Of a stretch of 64,000 nt of DNA, positions 51,830 through 61,449 are shown piece by piece. The position numbers and the translations under genes are program-made. This DNA is from an uncultured Acidimicrobiia bacterium (lineage in GTDB: Bacteria > Acidobacteriota > Terriglobia > Versatilivoradales > Versatilivoraceae): the NCBI GenBank assembly GCA_963786955.1, contig CAWBAT010000002.1, forward strand, positions 64,001 to 128,000, written 5' to 3'. The notes below the pieces were generated by a model, which was given only the letters and a program-made list of their open reading frames with translations, searched no databases and had not been told where the DNA came from. How positions within the stretch are numbered: the stretch's first letter is position 1; every line of letters starts with the position of its first letter.

Positions 51830-54118
51830 CTATTCAAGTAAAAACACTCGCACATCCTGATGAGGAACTTCGACCCGAATACCTTTCCTTTCTAGTGGGA
51901 TTTCTTGCCCACTGTGGATATCTAAAACACGTTTACAAGGAATCGGAATCTCGATTCGGTCGGTCTGATCTTCGGTGCGATCGTTGAATATGGCGAGCAA
52001 GTTGCGAGTGTGCCCTTCGATGAGCCTTGGTCGAAGGCCGATAGAAGTGACCTTCGGTTTCACCACAGGAATGATGATGGCACGTAAGAACTCAATCCCG
52101 GCATCGTCTCCGGCGTGAATGGAAGCTCCCAGATTGGTGCCAAGGTAGTAGGCCATGCCCTGCCCTACTTTCTTCCTGGCGCCGACCCACAGATCTCGAT
52201 AGCGGGCTATAGGCTGAGCAGAAGAAACTTCGATAGGAGTCAGGAAGGTGTGCGCCTGAATGCTAAGCCCGGCCGGGTCCAAAACCTCGATTTCAGCTCC
52301 GCTATAAACGCTATCTTCATCAGGAACGATGCTCTTCTTCGCCGTGGAAGAGGTGTTACTGCTAATCGCCACCGATTCGTTGGTTTGAGGTTGAATATAG
52401 AAACTATCCTTCTCGCGATAACCAAACGTTTCAGCCAAACCATAGGGCGGAACTACGGGGTTATAGAAACAATGGCTGTCGAACAGTCCAAAAGCCGTGT
52501 CCAATATCAGCGTCCCTCCCCGTTCCACAAAGCGACGCAATTCCAGGCATGTTTCTTCCTTGCCCATGATGTGCCAGGGAGCGATGATCAACTTATAGCT
52601 GGCTGCCTTTAGGCTTTCGGGCTCGATAAAATCCGCCCACAGATCCAAGTTCCACAGCGCTTTGTAATATCCCCGAAACGACTTGATCGACACATCTTCC
52701 TGGCCATTCATGGCGTAAGTGAGTAGTGCGCTATCCGGATCTGTCAAGATGGCGATTTCCGGTTTTGGAAGGTGATCCTGCAAAACATCCCAGTAAGATT
52801 GAAAAAGCGCGCGATTGCGCGAAGCTTCTTCCGCACGATCGGTGCGAGCGCCGCTCCGTTCCACAAGCCCAAACCCTGTCGACTCGCTCCCGGAGCCTTC
52901 GGCCTGATAAGTCCAATACAGGATTCCCTTTGCTCCGCACGCTACGGCCAACCAGTTCCACAATCGGATATCCCGTGGACGCATTTGGGGGCTTCGCCAC
53001 AGTCCTCTATTTCCATGACCCCCTTGCAATTCCGCCATCCAGAATTCTCTTCCGGCAGCACAGCAGCGCGTGATCTCGAATTTGGCAGCCCCTTCAGAGA
53101 CTGGCAGGTTAAACCAGCGAGGGAATATGGAGACTCCCCAAGTATCCACTACCTCCGCCAGCCGCCAGCCGTCAATACCGCTGTGTGCGATCGGATCGAT
53201 CGGAGGATTATGCCCGGCATGATCCTCCATAATATGGGAAGGGTCGGCAGCTTTGAGTTGCTCGACTCGAAATTTGAGTTCAGCAGTGCTCCTTTCGATA
53301 ATGAAGCGCCGCCAATCGACCCAATCCATGTAGGTCCCCATGGCCCGCGGCGGATCAATCGACTGCCAACTGGGATAGCGGCGTACCCAGACTTCGTTCA
53401 AACGTTCCAGCGATCCGTAACGCTTTTCCAGCCAAACATGAAAAGCTTCAATGGTCTTATCGCAATAACAGAAAAGCCGCTCTTGCGGACCTGCCCAGAT
53501 GTTTCTTAACCAGGCCGGTTCGATATGGGGTTCGTTCCAGCAATCATAGGCATAGAAGGAAACATGGGAAGCGCTGAACTTGGCCAACGCCTGAATGTAG
53601 CGGGCCGCGGCTTCGCGAATGGGCTGCCAATCCAGGCATAACCCCGGCCAGCCTCCCGTCATATTGTTGCCGCTTCCCTGCAGCCGCTGAATAGTGCCTT
53701 TTGCATCAACGTAGCGCGTTTCGGGATGGGCTTGCTCGAGCCACCAGGGAGCGGTTTCAAGGACCAGTCCCATGAGAACCTTGATCCCGAGTTCGTCACA
53801 CCACTGCATGACTTCCGCAAGATCATCGAAGACGAAGCGATCCGGAGCAGGATTGTAATAATCCCAACCGGGGTAAATGCGAATGATGTTGAATCCATAA
53901 TCCTTGGCGATGGCCTGCAACATTTCTCGACGCTGCTCTCGTGGAGGGTTCGGAGGCCGGTAGAAAGCTGTGCCGTAGATAAATTGCTTCTTGGGAAGTT
54001 CACCTAAAGCATCGGTGGAGTTTGGCCCTGCCAAAATCCGCAAGCCGCTCCAGCTGAGACTAATGCCTGCTGACGCTTGCAGAAATTTTCGCCGCGAGAA
54101 GTTCCCTGGAAATTTCAT
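51830..54118 (-). CDS. GH42-like beta-galactosidase with trimerization domain, Tat-exported
   Basis: Tat SRRKFLQ, acid/base WNEP, nucleophile WMAELQGG, CYC motif and RFVERGGTL. Confidence 0.88.
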   Translation of the reverse strand: MKFPGNFSRRKFLQASAGISLSWSGLRILAGPNSTDALGELPKKQFIYGTAFYRPPNPPREQRREMLQAIAKDYGFNIIRIYPGWDYYNPAPDRFVFDDLAEVMQWCDELGIKVLMGLVLETAPWWLEQAHPETRYVDAKGTIQRLQGSGNNMTGGWPGLCLDWQPIREAAARYIQALAKFSASHVSFYAYDCWNEPHIEPAWLRNIWAGPQERLFCYCDKTIEAFHVWLEKRYGSLERLNEVWVRRYPSWQSIDPPRAMGTYMDWVDWRRFIIERSTAELKFRVEQLKAADPSHIMEDHAGHNPPIDPIAHSGIDGWRLAEVVDTWGVSIFPRWFNLPVSEGAAKFEITRCCAAGREFWMAELQGGHGNRGLWRSPQMRPRDIRLWNWLAVACGAKGILYWTYQAEGSGSESTGFGLVERSGARTDRAEEASRNRALFQSYWDVLQDHLPKPEIAILTDPDSALLTYAMNGQEDVSIKSFRGYYKALWNLDLWADFIEPESLKAASYKLIIAPWHIMGKEETCLELRRFVERGGTLILDTAFGLFDSHCFYNPVVPPYGLAETFGYREKDSFYIQPQTNESVAISSNTSSTAKKSIVPDEDSVYSGAEIEVLDPAGLSIQAHTFLTPIEVSSAQPIARYRDLWVGARKKVGQGMAYYLGTNLGASIHAGDDAGIEFLRAIIIPVVKPKVTSIGLRPRLIEGHTRNLLAIFNDRTEDQTDRIEIPIPCKRVLDIHSGQEIPLERKGIRVEVPHQDVRVFLLE

Positions 54119-54356
54119 CTTGAGAGTATTTATTTGGCTAAGTGTTGATGTCTTCCATTTAGAGGATTACCAACTTTAACAAGAGGGCAAAGAATAGCAT
54201 ACCTGCCTAATTGAGGAAGCTTTAGCATCCTTTGTCAAAGCGTGGAGTTCACACCCGATGGCGAATCTGAAATCAAACTACTTACTCAGTCGCAGTTTGA
54301 TGTATTCTTTTCTCAGCACGATACCATCATTTTGAAATCCAACATGGGAGGTCATT

Positions 54357-54770
54357 ATGAAAAGTTTCCAACAGTTCCGCACAATTGGTTTTATTTTTTT
54401 GGCCTTAGTTGGTGGGCCGAGCCCGACGATCGCCGCGCAGAGTGATCAAATAGGCTTCAGTCAATTTCGTCACTTTCTAGGTGGCTTTGTATCCGATAGC
54501 CAACAGTCGATGTCAACGTTACAGAGTCGTCCACATGTTCACATCGTCGAGGCGACTTACGGGGACAAGTCTACAGGCAACACTTGTGTGCCAAACTTGC
54601 GAATCTGCAAAGGGACCTCTGAATGTGAATTCACGGTAACTGACGGCCTTTGTGACGTGAATTCGAAGGTAAAAACACTTGAAGTCGTTTGGGACTGTGG
54701 TGCTGGTTCTGAAATGAAAACGACCACTGCGGTGAAGGGCACAAAAATTTCATTAGTGTGCGGAAATTAG
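54357..54770 (+). CDS. Small secreted Cys-rich protein, SUEL/galactose-binding-lectin-like
   Basis: Signal peptide, pattern IVEATYG...C...CKG...C.F.V...C...KTLEVVWDC, and a GGAGG RBS. Confidence 0.6.
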   Translation: MKSFQQFRTIGFIFLALVGGPSPTIAAQSDQIGFSQFRHFLGGFVSDSQQSMSTLQSRPHVHIVEATYGDKSTGNTCVPNLRICKGTSECEFTVTDGLCDVNSKVKTLEVVWDCGAGSEMKTTTAVKGTKISLVCGN

Positions 54771-54956
54771 ACTGATTTTTCGTTAGGGCATAGCGTACAG
54801 CCGGATCCTGTAGTGGTCAGTCATGCCAGCAAGCGGGTGACAAACAGTCCGCACGTTTGATCCGCTTTGAATAATTCCTTCCCTTCTTTACCTCTTGCCT
54901 TTCCTCTGAAAATTTGAGGGTACAAGCTTCCGACCGGGCATGAGAGACTATGTCGC

Positions 54957-55830
54957 TTAGCGGAAAATGGCCATGAGAATTTCGGCAAAAATCAACGCGA
55001 TGATCACCAGTTCCAGGGTGTGGCTCTGAGCCGTCCTGACCCGGTCAGTCAACAACTGATAGAAGTTGGCAATGATATCCAGCGGGCGGGAAACGGAGGC
55101 TCCCAGTCATGCAGATAGAATATTGCCGAGCGCATGTGCATCGGGCCAGGTAAAGGTCCCAATCAATTGAGCGCGCCATCTCCCCATTTCAAGTACCAGA
55201 AATTCGGTTCGAAGCTCCGCTAGTTCTTAAAAAACATTACGATAAGGGGTCTGGAACGGCAATGACCATCCCGTAGGTTCTCGGACTAACCCTTGATACT
55301 CACCGATCCGCTTGTCTAACTCGGCGTCGATGTAGCGGGCCTCCAGCAATTCCACGTTGAGTAACTCCAGCACGGTGGCTGCGTCCATGTAGTCCCGGTC
55401 GTATATGATCGCCGCGTTCCAATCAATCAAGACAAGATCGTTCTGAAAGTAGGTTATGCGTTGGGTTAATGCATCTTCCTGTTGTTCCCGACTCAGCGGC
55501 TGAGTTTCAAAGCGGAGAACTTGGGCAAGCGTCGCACGGTGCTGCGTCACTAACTCTTCCGCACGCCACAATTGATCAAATTCTTCAATGATGAACAAGT
55601 AATAATCCTCAACAAGGGAGGATAACTCAGGCTGAACAATGGCAGGTCGAATCCCCTCTATGAGTTGAAGCGCCAAAGTTTGCGCATGAGCCTCAAGATT
55701 CCGGCTGTAGAGTTCTTGGCTAAGTTTTGGGAGGTCTTGCAAGAAAAGCCTCTGCCCAGGAGCCGTTAAGCGCCAGCGATAAGCGAGCTTGCCGCTCCGA
55801 AGTCGAAAACCATCGCATGAATGTTATAAT
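54957..55830 (-). pseudogene. Degraded RMD1/DUF155-like membrane protein gene
   Basis: Fragments in different frames: AMVFDFGAA; LVEDYYLF...DLVLIDWNAAIIYD...ELLEARYID; TLELVIIALIFAEILMAIFR-stop. Multiple indels, and the 5' part is missing. Confidence 0.7.
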
Positions 55831-55885
55831 TCAGTTTGCAGAGCCGTAAAGCTATATTCGTCATGGTATAGAAGACATTTACGAA

Positions 55886-56851
55886 CTAACGATTCTGCCC
55901 TGACGCCAGCAGAGCCTCAAGCTCGTTGCCAATTTGTTGGGCTATTTCCGCCTGGCATGTCACACCATCGCCAATATTCCGCGCGTAACGGCCAGCCCAA
56001 AGATGCTGGTCTGTCGGGCCGTGAATGAGTTGTGCCGTCACACGCACTCGATCCCCCGAGAGCAACAGCGTGCCTTCTAAAACGGCATCCACATTCAACT
56101 CACGGGCAATTTGAGTCAAATGTTTTGTCGTGCTCTTGTAGGCCAGGGTTGACCGTCGAGAAGTCACCTGCAAAGAACCAATCTTGGCCAGACGGGTGAT
56201 CAGTTCCTCCGTCAATCCCTCTGCGAAAGCTTCCTGCTCGTGTTCATGCTGCAAGGTGTCAAGCGGCAGAACCGCCACCGAGCGGATTAGCGGGAGATCT
56301 GTCTTCAGCCATTTCAGATGAGCATAGTGCCACTCGATCGCAAAAACTGCCATGACAACAACACTGATTCCTGCCCACAGAATGCCGGTTTTCAGCAATC
56401 TTGTTTTTCCATGCTTCGCCGGGGCTAACGGCTCACGGTCCACTCCTTTCTTGTCGCCCTCCAGAGCGGGGCCTTCCCCAACCACGGGAACGGTCGCTGA
56501 TTTTGTCTCTGGGACAATGGGTTCGATGGGATGGATGAATCGGTATCCCGTACGCGGAATCGTTTCGATGTAGTGTGATTGCTCCGCTGCATCCGAGAGG
56601 GCTTCTCGAATCCGATGCACGTCGTGGTTGAGAGCATTTTGAAAGTCTACAAACGTGCCATCTGGCCAGAGCTTCCGTTGCAACTCTTCCCGGCTAACAA
56701 TCTCTCCGTGGTGCTCAAGCAACAGCTTGAGCACCTGGAAAGGCTGGCTCTGTAAATTGACCCTGTGGCCATGGTTTGAGAGTTCATGCCTTTCAAAATC
56801 AACTTCAAATGCCCCAAAACGGATCTTGGATGGAGAAGTGAAAGGAGACAT
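55886..56851 (-). CDS. Membrane-anchored transcriptional regulator: OmpR/CadC-type winged helix + TM + TolB-N-like domain
   Basis: RFGAFEVD, VSREELQRKLWP and YIETIPRTGYRFI, one TM, then SVAVLPL...AEGLTEELITRL...VDAVLEG...QHLWA. No TPR tail. Confidence 0.9.
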   Translation of the reverse strand: MSPFTSPSKIRFGAFEVDFERHELSNHGHRVNLQSQPFQVLKLLLEHHGEIVSREELQRKLWPDGTFVDFQNALNHDVHRIREALSDAAEQSHYIETIPRTGYRFIHPIEPIVPETKSATVPVVGEGPALEGDKKGVDREPLAPAKHGKTRLLKTGILWAGISVVVMAVFAIEWHYAHLKWLKTDLPLIRSVAVLPLDTLQHEHEQEAFAEGLTEELITRLAKIGSLQVTSRRSTLAYKSTTKHLTQIARELNVDAVLEGTLLLSGDRVRVTAQLIHGPTDQHLWAGRYARNIGDGVTCQAEIAQQIGNELEALLASGQNR

Positions 56852-57262
56852 GGAGGACTACCTCCACGCTAGGATAGGGAATGATGACTAAAAATTCCCA
56901 TGTAATCTTTGGTAACTTCAATCAGTGTATACCTACTACCTTATTGAATCAATGATTTAACCATACAGATCTATTCCGGATCTAATCCACAAATAATTAA
57001 GAAATAAATAAGACCCAATCCATTGAAAAACGTGAGTCAGCGTGCTATGCAACACGTTATTAGGGGCGTTATAAGTTTCCTCAAGTCCCCTAAGCATTCT
57101 GTGGGTCTGACTCACTTCAAGAAGTGCCTTTAACTGCACTTCGCAATACCTAGACAAAACATAGGGAGCACGAACAAACACAGCAGGGAAGGTCCGCCGT
57201 TTCCCATTAGAAATTGGCGCGACTGTATTTCTGTTGAATTTCTCGTGGCTTAACTCCACTGG

Positions 57263-57385
57263 AAGGAGGCTTTTTTGACCTTACTGGCGAGCCTGCGGAG
57301 GTTCTACCGCACCCCACAGACTTACCATCAAGGGCGTACGCCCAAATATCTTGCGGTAGTTTTTGGTGGAGGAGGCGAATCATGA
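57263..57385 (+). promoter_or_regulatory. Conserved 5' leader copy 1: RBS, putative 36 aa leader ORF (TTG 57275 to TGA 57385) and CTACCGCA/TGCGGTAG stem
   Basis: AAGGAGG, then 5 nt, then TTG encoding MTLLASLRRFYRTPQTYHQGRTPKYLAVVFGGGGES. Its TGA overlaps the ATG at 57382. Paralogous to 58449-58573. Confidence 0.55.
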
Positions 57386-57912
57386 AAAAACTCGTTATCT
57401 CTCTATTCGCAATACTGATATTCAGCGGGTTCGCCGCAGCTCAAGAGCGGCCACAATGTTATGACTCGGAAGGGAACTTCATCTACAAGGGAGTGGGGGC
57501 CTGCTTTATCGAGCTTGCCGGCCAACCTAATGGCATAGCTGGTTTTACGGAGGACGGGAGGCTGATAGCGGAGTGGATAAATAATAATAACGATTGGATC
57601 AGGGGCAACCGGGTTAAAGGGACTTTCCATCTATCGGACGCGCACGCGAACCTTACCTTTATCCCGCCCAGTGCATGTGATCAAAATGGGCAAAATTGTG
57701 ATCCCACCAAGTTTTACCACGGCGAGGGCCTGATTTCACTCAATGGACCACTGTTTTTCGGCTCGTGCCCCGATACGCTTAATATTATGGGGAAGGTCCA
57801 GAGCCCCTCGTCGGGGGACTGGTTCAGGGCCCAGTACATGCTTGTATTGACGAAAAGCCAAACTGAGGGATGCAAACTAGGTTTTGAAAAACTCACCGTA
57901 ACGCCATTGTAG
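57382..57912 (+). CDS. Secreted hypothetical protein (6 Cys)
   Basis: Signal peptide MKKLVISLFAILIFSGFAAA and a GGAGGAGG RBS. Confidence 0.8.
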   Translation: MKKLVISLFAILIFSGFAAAQERPQCYDSEGNFIYKGVGACFIELAGQPNGIAGFTEDGRLIAEWINNNNDWIRGNRVKGTFHLSDAHANLTFIPPSACDQNGQNCDPTKFYHGEGLISLNGPLFFGSCPDTLNIMGKVQSPSSGDWFRAQYMLVLTKSQTEGCKLGFEKLTVTPL

Positions 57913-58026
57913 GTCGACGGTCTGGGGGGGGATCATCTCGATCACCCAATTGAGCATTAGCTAGCAGCGACGGTTAGTTCGCAACTCGGTCTGGCTGTGG
58001 CTACCGAAATCATTCTCCACATATTT

Positions 58027-58335
58027 GGAGGCAGCGAATAGCACAAGCGAAATTCACAGGTCGCTCCTCTGGAGCTTAGCGGGCAGATTTTGGCTGCATA
58101 CTATAAACAGGAGGCTCCTGACGGAGCCAACAAAGAATTGGAGAGGGGAGGAGGTACGAAAGCAGCGTGGTGCGACGATTATTCCCAACGGGACGAGGGC
58201 GTCCCGGCTCCAGCATCAGATTGGAGACGCCGCGCCCTCGCGGCGCCTTATTCCGGCCAAGCCGCATAGCGGCGGCCTGTTTATAGAACAGGTTATTCGT
58301 CAAGAATTGAAGCTCCGTTAGGAGCGACCTGTGAA
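58027..58335. repeat. REP-like family GCTCCTCTGGAGC / CTATAAACAGG-GGCTCCTGACGGAGCC, direct plus inverted copy
   Basis: 58027-58160 matches 59372-59505. An inverted copy lies at 58272-58335. Confidence 0.75.
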
Positions 58336-58448
58336 GATGGTGAATTTGCAATGTCCACAACCAGCCTCTTCCTGAAGGGCCGATCCGCCAGACGGCGGAC
58401 GAGGTCGAAGCAAATTTGGCAGTTGTCGCTCTGTTTTCATCTTCATTC

Positions 58449-58573
58449 AAAGGAGGTTCTATCAACCCGCGAGGCAAGCCTGCAAGGCTTCTACCGCACC
58501 CCGGGCAGCCTGCGCAACAAGGCCATCGCCCAAATATCTTGCGGTACTTTTAGGTGGAGGACGAATTACATGA
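58449..58573 (+). promoter_or_regulatory. Conserved 5' leader copy 2
   Basis: AAGGAGG...GCAAGCCTGC...TTCTACCGCACCCC...CGCCCAAATATCTTGCGGTACTTTTAGGTGGAGGACGAATTACATGA. Encodes ASLQGFYRTP and, one frame over, PKYLAVLLGGGRIT-stop overlapping the ATG at 58570. Confidence 0.55.
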
Positions 58574-59053
58574 AAAAACTCATTCTTGCTTTTGCAGCTT
58601 TGTTTAGCTTGGCACTACTTGTTGTGCCGTCTTTCCCGGCGGGGGGGACACACAGGTCTTGGACATCGCCATGAATGAAACCTGGGACCTCCCGTGTATT
58701 GGTGAAACGGTTCAGGTCACCGGGATACTACACTCGGTTTCTTCGGAAGTTATCAACAATAACAGGGGGCACTGGATGGTTCAGTATAATCCGAAGGGAT
58801 TGACCGGCGTGGCCTCACCACAGGTACGGTCTATCACGCAACTGGTCTAACACGCTATAGTTACGAGTGGACCGTACAACCTGATGAATACCCCTTGCAC
58901 TGGACCATCATAAATAAAATACCATTCATCAGCGAAGGTTCTGGGGCAAACTTCTTGGAGATTGACACGACGCAGTTGACGCTAAACGCCAATGGCGACG
59001 TGACGGTGGATTTCAACAACTCTCAGATTGTCTGCCGAGGAAGAAATCCTTAA
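58570..59053 (+). pseudogene. Secreted hypothetical protein with two apparent 1 bp deletions (pseudogene or assembly error)
   Basis: Signal MKKLILAFAALFSLALLVVPSFP. Adding one base at the G7 run (58641-58647) and one at 58811 gives a 161 aa protein ...LPCIGETVQVTG...GLTGVGLTTGTVYHATG...TLNANGDVTVDFNNSQIVCRGRNP. Confidence 0.7.
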
Positions 59054-59371
59054 GCAATCCAGACGTCGGTGGCCACGGTCAATGCGAATGCAGCCACGAC
59101 GGTCTTGTTTGCTGATAATGTAATCACTTACAGCTTGGATGCGCCGCAGGACTCGTTCTCAGGCCTGCGGGGCTTCTGTGTTAGTGCTGCGATGTCTGCG
59201 GACCAATGGGGCAGCCACGAAGAACGCGTTTGTTACGGGCTTCGTGGGCTTTTCCTTAATTCTCATGGCCACGGCTGATGAGGGTCGAATAGGAAAAACT
59301 CACGATCAATGCCAAAAGGGCATTGATCGTGGTTACCAAAAACATTCTTCATCGGGTGCTTTGTCCCTACG

Positions 59372-59505
59372 GGAGCAGCGAGAAGCGTAAGGGAAATTCA
59401 CGGGCCGCTCCTCTGGAGCTTAAGAATCGATTGTGGCTCGAGACTATAAACAGGCGGCTCCTGACGGAGCCGGCAGGCAATTGACGGAATGAGGATGACG
59501 GAAAT
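59372..59505. repeat. Second direct copy of the 58027-58160 repeat
   Basis: GAAATTCACGGGCCGCTCCTCTGGAGCTTA...ACTATAAACAGGCGGCTCCTGACGGAGCC. Confidence 0.75.
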
Positions 59506-59742
59506 CTTGTCGCTCGTACCGCCGGGTTAGGATAAACAATTGAGAATGCTTCACGGCCTAGAGCACAGTGGCAAGCCCTTTGGAACCTTTGTAGGCTAGA
59601 GGCTTTGTCAAAGCAGGCAGCAGAGTTGAATCTTAAATCTGCGGCTTTTGAAAGCGGCGAGGGGAAAGGCCGCGGATCCTTTCCATCCCCTGCCGCAAAG
59701 CAGCACCGCTTTCGAACGTGGACTGCGGGTCCGCACGGCAGT

Positions 59743-60777
59743 CTAGGGCTTCTGCGCCAACGCAAGGACGACAACAGCTGCCAGGATGATTACGCACCCC
59801 CAGGCCAGCCAGGTCTTGGCCAGGGCTCCGGCACTGGCCCATTCCCCTGTGGCTAACCCCGCCACGTTACTGGCGATAATATTAGTGCCCATCAGCAGTG
59901 GCCAGCCGACTACCGTCCCAAAATCACCCATTCGGTTGATTCCCATACCATAGATCGCCAATCCTCCGTACCAGAATCCGCCCATCAGCAGGCCAAACAG
60001 CCAATGGCTAGCTGTCCCGGGGAGTCTGAACCGCGAAGCAGTTCCATTCCGACGCAAAAGGTAAATGCAGTAAATGGCATTCGCCACAAATCCTCCGCTG
60101 GTGGCCAATGCAGCAGCAACGTTGGGAGCCCACACGGGGGAAGTTCCCAGGCGGCGGGCAGTCTCGATCGTCTCAGTCCCAAAGGCATAGGCGAAGTTCA
60201 AGAATGACGAAAGCAGGCCAGCTGCAATGCAGACGAGTAGTCCCGAAAGAAATGCTTTTTGCGAACTCCCTGGAGATTGCTCTCCCTTCAGAAGCCTTTC
60301 GGCCCGCTCCCGCAGTAGGCCTGCGACAGCCACGCCAGCAATCCCCCCAAACATGACCATACTCCCGATCAGATAAAAATATCCTTGAGTAGTGAAGATC
60401 TTCTGGGGAGTGAGAATAAGTAGTGGTACCAGAGACCCCGCCGAAGCACAGATACCCAGGATAATAGCCAGGCCGAGACCGATTCCCAGCATCTTCACAC
60501 CTAGCCCAACCAGCGTGGCGCCGATCCCCCAGCCGAAACCGAAGAGCACGATCATCCATAGTGATCTGGTAGGAGCAGAGGCATAAATCTCGGCAAGGCG
60601 GGGGATCGTCGCGGCATTCAACAGCCAGGGGAAAATAATGAAGCCGGTCAACGCAAACACAAGCCAAATGTGTTCAAATCCCCACTGCCGGGCATACTTC
60701 ATGGGTAATGCGAAAACTCCCAGCAAGATCCCTCCCAGCAATACAAGCGCCGCCCCAAGAAAAACAGAGATATCCAT
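59743..60777 (-). CDS. rhaT: L-rhamnose/proton symporter family protein
   Basis: About 10 TMs. Motifs FALPMKYARQWGFEHIW, GFGWGIG, GSLVPL, VGWPL and GLATGEW. Alternative start at 60789. Confidence 0.85.
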   Translation of the reverse strand: MDISVFLGAALVLLGGILLGVFALPMKYARQWGFEHIWLVFALTGFIIFPWLLNAATIPRLAEIYASAPTRSLWMIVLFGFGWGIGATLVGLGVKMLGIGLGLAIILGICASAGSLVPLLILTPQKIFTTQGYFYLIGSMVMFGGIAGVAVAGLLRERAERLLKGEQSPGSSQKAFLSGLLVCIAAGLLSSFLNFAYAFGTETIETARRLGTSPVWAPNVAAALATSGGFVANAIYCIYLLRRNGTASRFRLPGTASHWLFGLLMGGFWYGGLAIYGMGINRMGDFGTVVGWPLLMGTNIIASNVAGLATGEWASAGALAKTWLAWGCVIILAAVVVLALAQKP

Positions 60778-60816
60778 GAGAGCCTCCAATAGAATAAAAG
60801 AACGCCAATTCAGCTT

Positions 60817-61377
60817 CTATAGATACCGTCTCACACGACTGCAATATTTCATGTACTCTTCACCAAAAACCTTTCGCAGATGCTGCTCTTCTGCCAAGAC
60901 TATTTTGTGGTGAACAGCGGCAACGAATACCCCAATGCAAAATAAGATTGGGTTCAGTGTGTAAAAGACGGCAGCAAGCAGCGTTGCATAAACTCCAAGA
61001 TACATTGGGTTCCGACTGAATCGGAATAAACCATTGATTTTCAGCTGGGTACTTTCTTTGGGAGACCCAATTCTAAAAGAGTCTCCCAGTCCAAACCGTC
61101 CGATGAATAAGAGCAAAAATCCTGAGACCCATAAGATCAGCGAAACCCATTTCAGAAACTCGGGTACCTTGATGAAGGAGAGGTTAATACCCCAGCTATG
61201 CGAAACCATGGCCCCCCAAAGAATAAGAATCGAATACTTACTCATGTAAAAAAGCTTCCGATCAATTGGTGGCTCGCCGTCCATTTCAATATTCCTGCGT
61301 CGAAACAGTTCCCCTCCACCGAACAAAACAACCAAGAACAAGACTGGAAGTAGCGTTATACCGAAAGACTCAATCAT
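60817..61377 (-). CDS. Isoprenylcysteine carboxylmethyltransferase/PEMT family membrane protein
   Basis: GLFRFSRNPMYLG and EEQHLRKVFGEEYMKYCSRVRRY. Confidence 0.88.
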   Translation of the reverse strand: MIESFGITLLPVLFLVVLFGGGELFRRRNIEMDGEPPIDRKLFYMSKYSILILWGAMVSHSWGINLSFIKVPEFLKWVSLILWVSGFLLLFIGRFGLGDSFRIGSPKESTQLKINGLFRFSRNPMYLGVYATLLAAVFYTLNPILFCIGVFVAAVHHKIVLAEEQHLRKVFGEEYMKYCSRVRRYL

Positions 61378-61449
61378 CACTAACTTCCTCAAGAGAAGTG
61401 CAATTATTACCAATGCCTTAGCGGCTGGGGTATCACCCGGCAGCGCGTT

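Noticed and set aside
57341-57356. CCCAAATATCTTGCGG as an NrdR box
   Set aside because: It misses a conserved C, is single rather than tandem, has no nrd genes nearby, and is embedded in a longer conserved leader.
58351-58674. 107 aa ORF fusing leader copy 2 to the signal peptide
   Set aside because: It arises from the frameshifted leader reading in frame into MKKL. There is no good RBS at 58351, while a strong RBS precedes 58570.
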